NCBI GenBank assembly: GCA_965243025.1
Contig: CBDETY010000003.1
Location: 5,638,198-5,702,197, forward strand
DNA: 64,000 bases
Reading direction: 5' to 3'
Origin: Candidatus Latescibacterota bacterium
Lineage (GTDB): Bacteria > Latescibacterota > UBA2968 > UBA8231
The notes under the pieces are model-generated. The model was given only the letters and a program-made list of their open reading frames with translations. It was not told the origin of the DNA and ran no database searches. Numbering within the stretch: position 1 is the stretch's first letter; each line of letters begins with the position of its first letter. A program made the position numbers and the translations under genes. Positions 47,549 to 55,742 of the stretch are shown here, in pieces.

Positions 47549-47677
47549 GGAAACAATAAGGCACCATTCCGGACTCCCGGCCAAGGCGCAGAGCGCGGCG
47601 CCGAGGCCGACCTGCTCGTCATGCCCGGGGGGAAGCTCTACGGCTGGCGACGGGTGCCTGCGGATTCCCAAAACAGA

Positions 47678-47708
47678 TTTGACATACAACCATTTCGTCG
47701 TACGTTTG
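47678..47708 (+). promoter_or_regulatory. candidate promoter of the ATPase/STAND/sigma-PheS operon
   Basis: This is the only AT-rich patch locally. TTTG-N19-TAcgTTTG fits the Bacteroidetes-type -33/-7 consensus, and TTGACA (47679-47684)-N16-TACGTT is an alternative sigma-70-like reading. It lies about 45 nt upstream of ATG 47751. Confidence 0.4.
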
Positions 47709-47750
47709 GTTTATAAAACAATTCTGCTTTACAACCGAAATGGTGTGAAA

Positions 47751-48980
47751 ATGGAAAACGTCCCCGAGTTCTACACGGGCGCTCCCGTCGACCCGGTTGA
47801 CCTGCGTTTCCGCGAGACGTTTCTGGCGGAGCTGTGGCAGACGCTGCGCACCGGGCATGTGGTCCTCACGGCTCCTCGGCGAACCGGCAAGACCAGCGTC
47901 ATGGATTACCTGCGCGACCATCCCGAGAACGGATTCTCTGTGGTGTCCATCAGCGTTCAGGACCTGACCCATCCCGCCGACTTCTTCCAGGTGCTGCTCG
48001 ATGGATTCCACGATGCGCATCCGGATTTCGTGCGCGGCCGGCTTGCCGCGGGTTGGGAACTCGTCAGCGGTGTGGTCGGAAAGGTCGACGAAATCGGTGT
48101 CGGCGGCTTCAAGCTCGGGCTGCGCGAGAGCGCCCCCGACTGGCGCACGAACTGGCGCCAGTACGGCGACACGTTTCTCGCCCATGCCCGCAAAACCGAT
48201 ACCCGGATTCTTTTCATCATCGACGAGTTTCCCGACATGCTGCTCAGCCTGTCCCGGGAAGATGAAGGGTTGCCGCGCGAGTTCCTCGCCTGGTTTCGCA
48301 CCCAGCGACAGAATCCGGCGCCGGCAAGGGATTCGGTTCGCTGGCTGATCGGCGGCTCGGTCAATCTGGGCGGCACCCTCGACGCCCTCGGGCTGGTCCA
48401 CCTCATCAACGACCTCGAAGACGTTTCCCTGCCGCCCCTCACCGATGGCGACATCGAAGCCTTCGTGAAGGAGATGCTGGGCGGCCGGGGCGTCCCCTTC
48501 GACGACGACGTTACGCAACGGCTCATCGCTCGCCTGGGCAGTCCCATCCCCTTCTTCATGCAGATGACGACCCAGAATCTCTACCGGTTGTGGAAACGGG
48601 AGCAACGCAGGATCACCGGGGCGGATGTCGATGCCGTGTTCGACGCGATGGTCGTCGGTTCCGCGGCACGCACCCGACTGCAGCACTTCCATTCGAGGAT
48701 CAACCAGTACTATGCGGATCCGAAACGCTCGATTGCCCATGCCTTGCTGGGACAGATCAGCGTGAGTGAATCAGGGCTTAGGCGCGCAACCCTGTTGCAT
48801 GAGACGGAACGCCTGCTGGAAGGTCTCGGCGTCACGCTCCCGGTGCATGAACGCAGGCAGATGTTCAACCAGCTGCTGCTCGACCTGGAGAACGATTTCT
48901 ACATCGTCGAGGTCGAGGAGCCGTTCTACGACTTTGCCAGCGGCGTCCTGAAATCGTGGTGGAGGAAATACCATGCCTGA
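47751..48980 (+). CDS. P-loop ATPase (archaeal-ATPase/PF01637-like AAA+)
   Basis: Walker A VLTAPRRTGKTS and Walker B ILFIIDEFPD. The helical C-terminal half is consistent with a lid plus winged-helix. The stop overlaps the next gene start by 8 nt. Confidence 0.8.
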   Translation: MENVPEFYTGAPVDPVDLRFRETFLAELWQTLRTGHVVLTAPRRTGKTSVMDYLRDHPENGFSVVSISVQDLTHPADFFQVLLDGFHDAHPDFVRGRLAAGWELVSGVVGKVDEIGVGGFKLGLRESAPDWRTNWRQYGDTFLAHARKTDTRILFIIDEFPDMLLSLSREDEGLPREFLAWFRTQRQNPAPARDSVRWLIGGSVNLGGTLDALGLVHLINDLEDVSLPPLTDGDIEAFVKEMLGGRGVPFDDDVTQRLIARLGSPIPFFMQMTTQNLYRLWKREQRRITGADVDAVFDAMVVGSAARTRLQHFHSRINQYYADPKRSIAHALLGQISVSESGLRRATLLHETERLLEGLGVTLPVHERRQMFNQLLLDLENDFYIVEVEEPFYDFASGVLKSWWRKYHA

Positions 48981-51576
48981 GCCGACCCTAAATTCGAAAA
49001 TCGGTCTGTACCGATCCGGCGTAACCAGCCCGGAGCGCCTGCACCGCACCAGCGTCGCGCGCCAACACCTGCTCGACAACGCCATCGAATCCCTGCGCGG
49101 TTCGGTGGGCAGGAAGTCGAAGAACCACCTGCTGTTTATCGGCCCGCGCGGGATCGGCAAGACCCACCTGCTCTCGTGCATCGAAGACGCCGTTCAGTCC
49201 GATGAAACCCTGAGCCCATGTGTCGTAATCGTCCGGTTCCCGGAGGAATCGAACCGGACGCTGTCCTTCGCCGATTTCCTTATCGGCATGTGCGAAATAT
49301 TGAAGGAGGTCCTCGAAGAGGAACCGCTGTGGGCGAAGCTGTTTGCCGCAGTGCAGACCGAAGAAGACGACGCCAGGGTTGCCGACAGGCTGGTGCCGGC
49401 GATCCGCGAAGAGAACCGCAGGCGCGGCCGAACCATGCTGGTCATGCTCGAAAACCTGGGCGAGATCCTGGACCAGCAAATTCGACGCAAGAACCACGTC
49501 GCCGCCCTGCGCCAGTTCTTCATGGGCGACAACGGCTGCCTGCTGCTGGCCACCGCGCCGAGGCATTTCGACGGGATCACCGACGTGAGCCAGCCGTTCT
49601 ACGACTTCTTCGACACTCAGATCCTGGATAACCTGAGCTTCGGGGAAACGGTCGAGGTCATCCGCCTGAACCTCGAATGGGAAGAACGCACCGACATTCT
49701 CGAAACGCTGGACGAAATGCGCCCGCGGCTGCAAGCGCTTTATCGCATGACGGGGGGAAATCCACGTTTGACGATGATGCTCTACGAGCTGATCGCCCAC
49801 GAGTCGGTCATCAGCGTGCAGGATCAGTTCCTCCAGCTGCTCGACCGGATCTCGCCGTTCTACCAGGGACGATTGAACGATCTGCCGCCGGGCCAGCGCG
49901 CCCTGCTGGAATGTCTGGCGAGCATGCGCGACCAGGAGAAGACTCCGGCCGCCATTGCCGCGCGAATGCGCATGAGCCAGCAGGAGACGTCGTCGCTTCT
50001 CAAGCGTCTCACCAGTGCCCACTACCTGCGCGCAGACCGGCACCCGCGGGACAAGCGTTCGCGCCTCTACACGATACGCGAGGGTTTCTTCGACATCTGG
50101 CTCGCGATGAGCCTCTCCCGCGGGGCACGCAGGCGCATGCCGTTCCTGCTCGACTTCTTCAGTCTCTTCTACCCGAGCATCGCGGCCCGCGAGGAAAAGC
50201 GCCGTCAGTTGCGCGCGAAGCTTCTCGAAGAGGGCAGCGATGACGCGGAAAGGTCCCTCGACTACCTGAGTGAAGTCGGCGGCGAAGGGGAGCGGGCGAC
50301 CGCGAAGTTCGACATGGCCAGAACTTATGCCCGCCGTGGAGATTTCGATCAGACGGTGAGCTACGTGCGGGAAGCCGCGCCCCTGGCCGGAGACGGAGTG
50401 AGCCGGTCGATTGTCCGCATTGCCGACAGCACTCCGTCCGCTCCCGACTATCTCTCGGAAATCGAGGAGATGATCGAGTGCTGGGAGCTGCACCGCAGTG
50501 GCGAGCTCGAGGAGTTTGCCTACCGGCTGGCGGAGATGGGGGAAGGACTGACCCTCCGCACGTTCTCCGAGACCAGACTGGCGTTTCTGCGAGATACCCT
50601 GGAAAGCGTGGGGGATGCCGAGGATCGGATCGCGCAGCGCCTGGGAATTGCGGCGGTTCTGATGGATCTCGCACGCTGGGAGGAGTGCGAGGAGCAGCAG
50701 CGCCAAGCGCTTGCCGAGGCGACGGCACTCGCCGATTCCGACCTTGTCGCAAGGGCGTCGAACGAGCTGGGGCAGCTGCTGCAGCGCACAAACCGACTCG
50801 GAGAGGCGGAACCGCTGATGCGTCGTGCACTGGAGATCTTCCTGGCCGCCTACGGCGAGCAGCACCCGGAGGTGGCAACTTGCTCGAGTAACCTGGCTTC
50901 TCTGCTGCATGACACCAACCGGACCGAGGAAGCCGAACCGCTGATGCGGCGTGCCCTGGAGACCGCGGAGGCCTCCCTCGGCGAGCAGCACTCGACCGTG
51001 GCGATCTACCTGAACAACCTGGCGATTCTGCTGAAGGACACCAACCGGATCGGGGAAGCCGAACCGCTGATGCGGCGTGCGCTGGAGATCGACGTGGAGG
51101 CCCTCGGTGAGCAGCACCCAACCGTGGGGAACCGCTTGAACAACCTGGCGAATCTGCTGCTGAACACCAACCGAATCGAGGAAGCCGAACCCTTGATGCG
51201 GCGTGCGCTTGAGATCGACGAGGCCGCCTTCGGGGAACAGCACCCGAGGGTGGCGACTTGCTTGAACAACCTGGCGACTCTGCTGCATGGTAGCGGCCGG
51301 ATCGAGGAAGCCGAGCCGCTGATGCGTCGTGCGTTGGAGATCCGCGAGAGGGCTTTCGGTCAGCGGCATCCAGACGTAGCGACACACATGAACAACCTGG
51401 CGACCCTGCTGCTGGACACTCACCGGATCGAGGAAGCCGAGCCCTTGATGCGGCGATCCCTGGAAATCCTGGACACCTTCCGTCGCCAAACCGGGCACGA
51501 GCACCCGCACTTCCAAGACGCGAACGAGAGCTACCAGACCCTTAAGCGAGCCATGGGATCCAACGAGCCGGACTGA
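48973..51576 (+). CDS. STAND/ORC-Cdc6-like NTPase with winged-helix and C-terminal TPR array
   Basis: GGAGGA RBS. Walker A LLFIGPRGIGKTHLL and a Walker B-like MLVMLENLGE. wHTH TPAAIAARMRMSQQETSSLLKRLTSAHYLR. At least 6 tandem 42-aa TPR units NNLA.LL.DTNRIEEAEPLMRRALEI.E...GEQHP.VA. Confidence 0.85.
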   Translation: MPEPTLNSKIGLYRSGVTSPERLHRTSVARQHLLDNAIESLRGSVGRKSKNHLLFIGPRGIGKTHLLSCIEDAVQSDETLSPCVVIVRFPEESNRTLSFADFLIGMCEILKEVLEEEPLWAKLFAAVQTEEDDARVADRLVPAIREENRRRGRTMLVMLENLGEILDQQIRRKNHVAALRQFFMGDNGCLLLATAPRHFDGITDVSQPFYDFFDTQILDNLSFGETVEVIRLNLEWEERTDILETLDEMRPRLQALYRMTGGNPRLTMMLYELIAHESVISVQDQFLQLLDRISPFYQGRLNDLPPGQRALLECLASMRDQEKTPAAIAARMRMSQQETSSLLKRLTSAHYLRADRHPRDKRSRLYTIREGFFDIWLAMSLSRGARRRMPFLLDFFSLFYPSIAAREEKRRQLRAKLLEEGSDDAERSLDYLSEVGGEGERATAKFDMARTYARRGDFDQTVSYVREAAPLAGDGVSRSIVRIADSTPSAPDYLSEIEEMIECWELHRSGELEEFAYRLAEMGEGLTLRTFSETRLAFLRDTLESVGDAEDRIAQRLGIAAVLMDLARWEECEEQQRQALAEATALADSDLVARASNELGQLLQRTNRLGEAEPLMRRALEIFLAAYGEQHPEVATCSSNLASLLHDTNRTEEAEPLMRRALETAEASLGEQHSTVAIYLNNLAILLKDTNRIGEAEPLMRRALEIDVEALGEQHPTVGNRLNNLANLLLNTNRIEEAEPLMRRALEIDEAAFGEQHPRVATCLNNLATLLHGSGRIEEAEPLMRRALEIRERAFGQRHPDVATHMNNLATLLLDTHRIEEAEPLMRRSLEILDTFRRQTGHEHPHFQDANESYQTLKRAMGSNEPD
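50761..51516 (+). repeat. six tandem 126-nt (42-aa) near-identical TPR coding repeats
   Basis: Units start at 50761, 50887, 51013, 51139, 51265 and 51391. Long identical nucleotide runs recur (for example gaagccgaaccgctgatgcggcgtgc). Confidence 0.9.
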
Positions 51577-51624
51577 TCGGCATGCGATTGGCCGTCACAA
51601 TCTGTCGATTGTGGTGTCCTGTAA

Positions 51625-52869
51625 GTGGGTACTCCAATGGTCTGCAACTACGAGGAACTGGCTGCTCTGACCAGGGCGGCTCGAGCAGGGGATCTGCGCG
51701 CCTACGGCCGAATCGTCGAGTTGACCCGCAACTCGGTGGAGGCGGCGGCGCGGGTAATCATTCACAACCCCGAAGATGCGGAGGATATCGCGCAGGAGAC
51801 CTATGTGCGCGCCTTCGGTCAGCTCGCAAACCTGCAGGACGCCGCCTCGCTGCCGGCGTGGCTCCAGCGCATCGCCCGGAACCTGGCGCTGAACCGCAGG
51901 CGGGCCAGCCGCTGGTCATTTGTCAGCGACTTCGATGTGTCGCAGATCGCCCAGCCGGATGCCGATGCCGATGAACTCGGTCCGGCGCTCGCCCGGGCCC
52001 TTGTCGGACTGGGCGGCGAGGATCGCCAGCTGTGCGAGAGATACTACCACGGCGGTTGGACCACGGCGCGTCTGGCCGGCGAGATGAAGATCAGCGAGGT
52101 CGCTGTCCGCAAACGTCTGCAACGCGTCCGCGAACGCCTGCGAAAGGGAATCGCCATGACCGGAATGGATCTGCCCGAGCGCATCGTCGAACTCCTGTCA
52201 AAGCCGAATCTGACCGCCCTGCCGGAAAACCCGGTGGGAGCTGTCTGGGAGGCATTCAAGCGTCAGTACGACGGTTTTTCAGAGGTCGAGCTCGAGGAGA
52301 GAATCGACCCTGAAAAGGTCAGGGAGATCCTCGCAAATGCCGGCAATGGGCCGCTCGAAGAGTACCTGACAGCGGCGAGCCGCCAACAGTGGCTGCGGCG
52401 TGCGCTCACGGTGCCGATGGTGATGGAAGCAGCGGGCAGGGAGGCCCCGGTGCAGCTGATCGCCACGGGGAAGACCTACCGGATAGACAACGGGGAGGAG
52501 AGCAGTACCAAACTGCACGCCTTTCATCAGGCCGAGGTGCTGTGGGTCGGGGAAGGTTTGAGCGAGTGGCAGTTGATGGCGCCGTTCAGCGAGTTCATCC
52601 GGGAACTGAACCCGGAAATGGAGCTGCGCATCCATCATTTCGACTACTCGCTCCACTCGGAGCGGGGATGGAAGATTGCGGTTCAACTGCGGGGAATGGA
52701 ATGGAGTTCGATCGCGGGGTTGGGTCGGATGAAAGCCAGTCTCCTCGAGGCCCTGGGGTACGACTCGGACCGGTTGACGGCCGTCGCGCTCGGAGTGGGT
52801 CTGGAACGCCTGGCCATGATGCAGTACGGCATCGATGACATCCGCCGGATGGAGGCCGAGCGCGTATAG
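51625..52869 (+). CDS. ECF-type sigma-70 factor fused to a PheS-like class II aminoacyl-tRNA-synthetase catalytic-core domain
   Basis: N-terminus: sigma region 2 (DAEDIAQETYVRAF ... AWLQRIARNLALNRRR) and region 4 (EDRQLCERYYHGGWTTARLAGEMKISEVAVRKRLQRVRERL). C-terminus (about aa 195-414): WLRRALTVPMV, ATGKTYRIDNGEESSTKLHAFHQAEVL, AVALGVGLERLAMMQYGIDDIR. These parallel E. coli PheS LLRTQTSGVQ, APGRVYRND..THTPMFHQMEGL and [22 protein letters not shown] (from memory). Start is GTG 51625 or ATG 51637. Confidence 0.75.
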   Translation: MGTPMVCNYEELAALTRAARAGDLRAYGRIVELTRNSVEAAARVIIHNPEDAEDIAQETYVRAFGQLANLQDAASLPAWLQRIARNLALNRRRASRWSFVSDFDVSQIAQPDADADELGPALARALVGLGGEDRQLCERYYHGGWTTARLAGEMKISEVAVRKRLQRVRERLRKGIAMTGMDLPERIVELLSKPNLTALPENPVGAVWEAFKRQYDGFSEVELEERIDPEKVREILANAGNGPLEEYLTAASRQQWLRRALTVPMVMEAAGREAPVQLIATGKTYRIDNGEESSTKLHAFHQAEVLWVGEGLSEWQLMAPFSEFIRELNPEMELRIHHFDYSLHSERGWKIAVQLRGMEWSSIAGLGRMKASLLEALGYDSDRLTAVALGVGLERLAMMQYGIDDIRRMEAERV

Positions 52870-52883
52870 GAGCTTCGCTCCCT

Positions 52884-52945
52884 GGCATCCATGGCTCGCG
52901 GCGCACCAACCGACTCGGAGAGGCGGAACTGCTTATGCGCGGTCC
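52884..52945 (+). pseudogene. orphan fragment of one TPR repeat unit
   Basis: cgcaccaaccgactcggagaggcggaactgcttatgcgcgg matches cgcacaaaccgactcggagaggcggaaccgctgatgcgtcg at 50786-50826, with only a few mismatches. It translates to ...HGSRRTNRLGEAELLMRG, compared with ...TNRLGEAEPLMRRA. No ORF context. Confidence 0.6.
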
Positions 52946-52975
52946 GGGTTTATCGAGGCTCCTGAAGGCAAGGCG

Positions 52976-53536
52976 TCACTCGGCGACGCACCGTCCATCC
53001 CTGTACGCCAGAACCGGTTCGTTGGGCACTGAGCAGTCCGAAAAATACTCGTAGCGCTCGTTCATATCGGCTTCAAAGGCGTTATACGCTGTCAGCCGCT
53101 CGGCCAGCGCCGTCGAGTCGGTGGACGAGGCGGAGTAAACAACGTACTCCCAGGGACCGCCGCAGGGCTTGGAGCCCAGGCCCACGTACCGACAGTCCTC
53201 AATCGACGCGCCCGCAGCGTCCCCGACGAGGGCGTCGATCTCCCCTCGCATCTCCGCCAGCTGTGCACGGTCGCCTTCCTCGGTCCGCTGGTCGCCGTTG
53301 TTGTCTCCGACGACAGGATCCGAGTCCGTCGTGTCGGCGACCCCGGTGTTCGTCCCCGGTATCCGGGACTCCGCCAAACCGGCGACAGGGGCGCTGAAGG
53401 TCAGGCTGCTGGATATGCGTTTCCCGGCAGCCCCGGAATTCCCTGCCGGCTGGCCGGGTGAAACAGGATCGTCTTCACCGCATGCGCCCAGCGCCAGGAC
53501 GCAAGCCAGGAAGTACAAAGCGGATTCTGATTTCAT
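52976..53536 (-). CDS. lipoprotein, function unknown
   Basis: Signal peptide plus lipobox MKSESALYFLACVLALGAC. The mature protein is acidic. Confidence 0.7.
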   Translation of the reverse strand: MKSESALYFLACVLALGACGEDDPVSPGQPAGNSGAAGKRISSSLTFSAPVAGLAESRIPGTNTGVADTTDSDPVVGDNNGDQRTEEGDRAQLAEMRGEIDALVGDAAGASIEDCRYVGLGSKPCGGPWEYVVYSASSTDSTALAERLTAYNAFEADMNERYEYFSDCSVPNEPVLAYRDGRCVAE

Positions 53537-53769
53537 GCCGGCCTCTCGTCACAAGCGAGGAGACAACCGGCGATCCATGCCGCCGCAGTCAAGTTTTGCA
53601 TGGTCTTCCTTTCGTCAAGAGAGAGCCGCAGCCAGCACTGTGAGACCACTTGACCTGATGACAGGTTCCTCCACCTAGCGGCGCTAACTGCAGCCGCGTC
53701 AACCTGCCCACAATGTAACCCTCGCCATCAACACCAGGCCCAGGGAATATGCGCCCGTACGACTGGATT

Positions 53770-54546
53770 CTACTGCTGTCCCGATTGGTGCCGAATCGAT
53801 AGATGTTCGGGGATGCCCTGTCCCATCACCATGGCGGCGACGTCGTCCTGCGTGACGTCGGAGATCTGGAAGTCGCCGACCTTTTCGCCGTGGCTGAGAA
53901 TGGTGGCGCGGTCGGCGACCTCGAAGACATGGGGGATATTGTGGGTGATGAAAATCACCCCCAGTCCTTTTTCTTTCGCCGCGGCGATATAGCCGAGCAC
54001 CTTGCGGGTTTCGCCGACGGAAAGAGCGGATGTCGGTTCGTCGAGAATGAGCACGCGGGTCCCGAAGTGAAGGGCGCGGGCTATGGAGATCGATTGCCGC
54101 TCGCCGCCGGAGAGAAGGGCGACGGACTCCTTCGCGTTGCGGATGTGTATGCCTATCTCACCCAGCGCCGTGGCTGCCCCGGTGTCCATCCTTGCCTGGT
54201 CGAAAAGCGTGAAGGGACCGACCCGCCTGACGAGCTCCCTGCCCAAGAAGAAGTTGCGCGCGATGCTCATGCTCGGGACGAGGGCGAGATCCTGGTACAC
54301 GGTCTCGATCCCGAGGTCGCGGGCATCCTGCGGCGAGTCGAAGCGGACAGCCCTGCCCTCGAACTTCATGATACCCGAGCTCGGCGGATAAACCCCCGTG
54401 ATCACCTTGATCAGGGTGGACTTGCCCGCCCCGTTGTCCCCCAGGAGCGCGAGGACCTCACCCTCCATGAGGGTAAAGTCGATACCATCCAGCGCGACGA
54501 TATGCCCGAAACGCCGGCCGATATTGTTTAGCTCCAACAAGGCCAA
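53770..54546 (-). CDS. sugar-type ABC transporter ATP-binding protein (single NBD)
   Basis: Walker A GDNGAGKST, signature LSGGERQ and Walker B LILDEPT. TTG start. Confidence 0.85.
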   Translation of the reverse strand: MALLELNNIGRRFGHIVALDGIDFTLMEGEVLALLGDNGAGKSTLIKVITGVYPPSSGIMKFEGRAVRFDSPQDARDLGIETVYQDLALVPSMSIARNFFLGRELVRRVGPFTLFDQARMDTGAATALGEIGIHIRNAKESVALLSGGERQSISIARALHFGTRVLILDEPTSALSVGETRKVLGYIAAAKEKGLGVIFITHNIPHVFEVADRATILSHGEKVGDFQISDVTQDDVAAMVMGQGIPEHLSIRHQSGQQ

Positions 54547-54556
54547 AAACGGAGCC

Positions 54557-55735
54557 TCAGCGTTCCTTGCGCACGTAGTTGTTGATCACGACGGCCGCGA
54601 TCAGGATGACCCCGATGGCGCCCCGGAAGGCATTGGAGGGCACCTGCAGGAGAACGAGCCCGGTGCGCAGCATGCCGGTCAGCGCGGTGCCGATCGCGGA
54701 ACCGATCAGACTCCCATACCCCCCTTTGAGCAGCGTCCCTCCGATAACCACCGCGGCGATGACTTCCAGCTCCAGCCCCGTGCCCCGCAACGGGTCGACG
54801 CTTTTGAGGCGTGCGACCTGAACGATCCCGGCGAACGCGGCGAGGAATCCCGATATGACGAATGCGATCACCCGCACGCGGTCGATACGGATACCCTGAA
54901 GACGGGCGGCCTGGGCGTTGCCCCCCGTGGCAAAGACCGCATTTCCAAACCGGGTCTGACTTAAAACGATCGCGAAAAGGGCGGTCAGTCCCAGCCACCA
55001 GAGAATGCAGGTGCGGTAGTACCCCGGTTCGATGCGTCCGTTGAGCGCGGAGAAGAAATCGATTTTTACCGGAGTCAGAGGATTGGGTAGAACTGCCTGA
55101 AGGATGAGATAGCCGGCGAAAAGGACCGAGGCGGCAAGCAGGACTTTCGACTTGAGCGACCGGTTTCCCGCCCGCCAGATATCCCGCGCCGTCCACAGGA
55201 CAACCAGAAAAAAAACAAGCGCGAGTATAAGAACCACGGGACCGGGAATTTCGAGAATCGGAGGCTCGCGCGAGTAGTCGGCATAGCGGACGATGCGCCC
55301 GCCTGAAATAGCGGAAAGCGGAATGGCGCGATAGGCGAGCATCGTCCCCAAGGTGATGATGAAGGAGGGGATGCCGGTCGACACGAGGAGCAGTCCATTG
55401 ATCAGACCGAGCAGGGAACCGGCGGTCAAACCAATACATGCCGCCAGCAGGATCGGCACGCCGTTTACGGTCGCAAAGAGAAAGGCGAGAGAGGACACCC
55501 CCAGGATGGAACCGACCGAAAGGTCGAACTCCCCGGAAATCATCAGGAGCGTAATGCCGATGGCGAGGATTCCCGGAACGGCCTGGCTGTTGAGGATGGA
55601 TGAAATCGCGCTGTGGGAGAGAAAGGTGTCCGGAGCGGCCAGCGCGAAGACCAGAAAGATGACGGTGAAACCTGCCGCGGCCCCGGCTTCCGGAGAGCGC
55701 GCGAAACGTCCGCGAACAGCCTCGTAAAACTTCAA
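54557..55735 (-). CDS. ABC transporter permease (ribose/xylose-type, RbsC-like)
   Basis: A multi-TM protein. TTG 55735, preceded by AGGTAGGA, avoids overlap with the SBP gene. The ORF is open to 55822. Confidence 0.8.
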   Translation of the reverse strand: MKFYEAVRGRFARSPEAGAAAGFTVIFLVFALAAPDTFLSHSAISSILNSQAVPGILAIGITLLMISGEFDLSVGSILGVSSLAFLFATVNGVPILLAACIGLTAGSLLGLINGLLLVSTGIPSFIITLGTMLAYRAIPLSAISGGRIVRYADYSREPPILEIPGPVVLILALVFFLVVLWTARDIWRAGNRSLKSKVLLAASVLFAGYLILQAVLPNPLTPVKIDFFSALNGRIEPGYYRTCILWWLGLTALFAIVLSQTRFGNAVFATGGNAQAARLQGIRIDRVRVIAFVISGFLAAFAGIVQVARLKSVDPLRGTGLELEVIAAVVIGGTLLKGGYGSLIGSAIGTALTGMLRTGLVLLQVPSNAFRGAIGVILIAAVVINNYVRKER

Positions 55736-55742
55736 TTGATTC

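Noticed and set aside
48988-51516. 842-aa minus-strand ORF opposite the STAND-TPR gene, and the 408-aa ORF at 50159-51385
   Set aside because: They mirror the repeat periodicity of the real TPR gene. The sequence is low-complexity and Arg/Pro-rich, with no start context.
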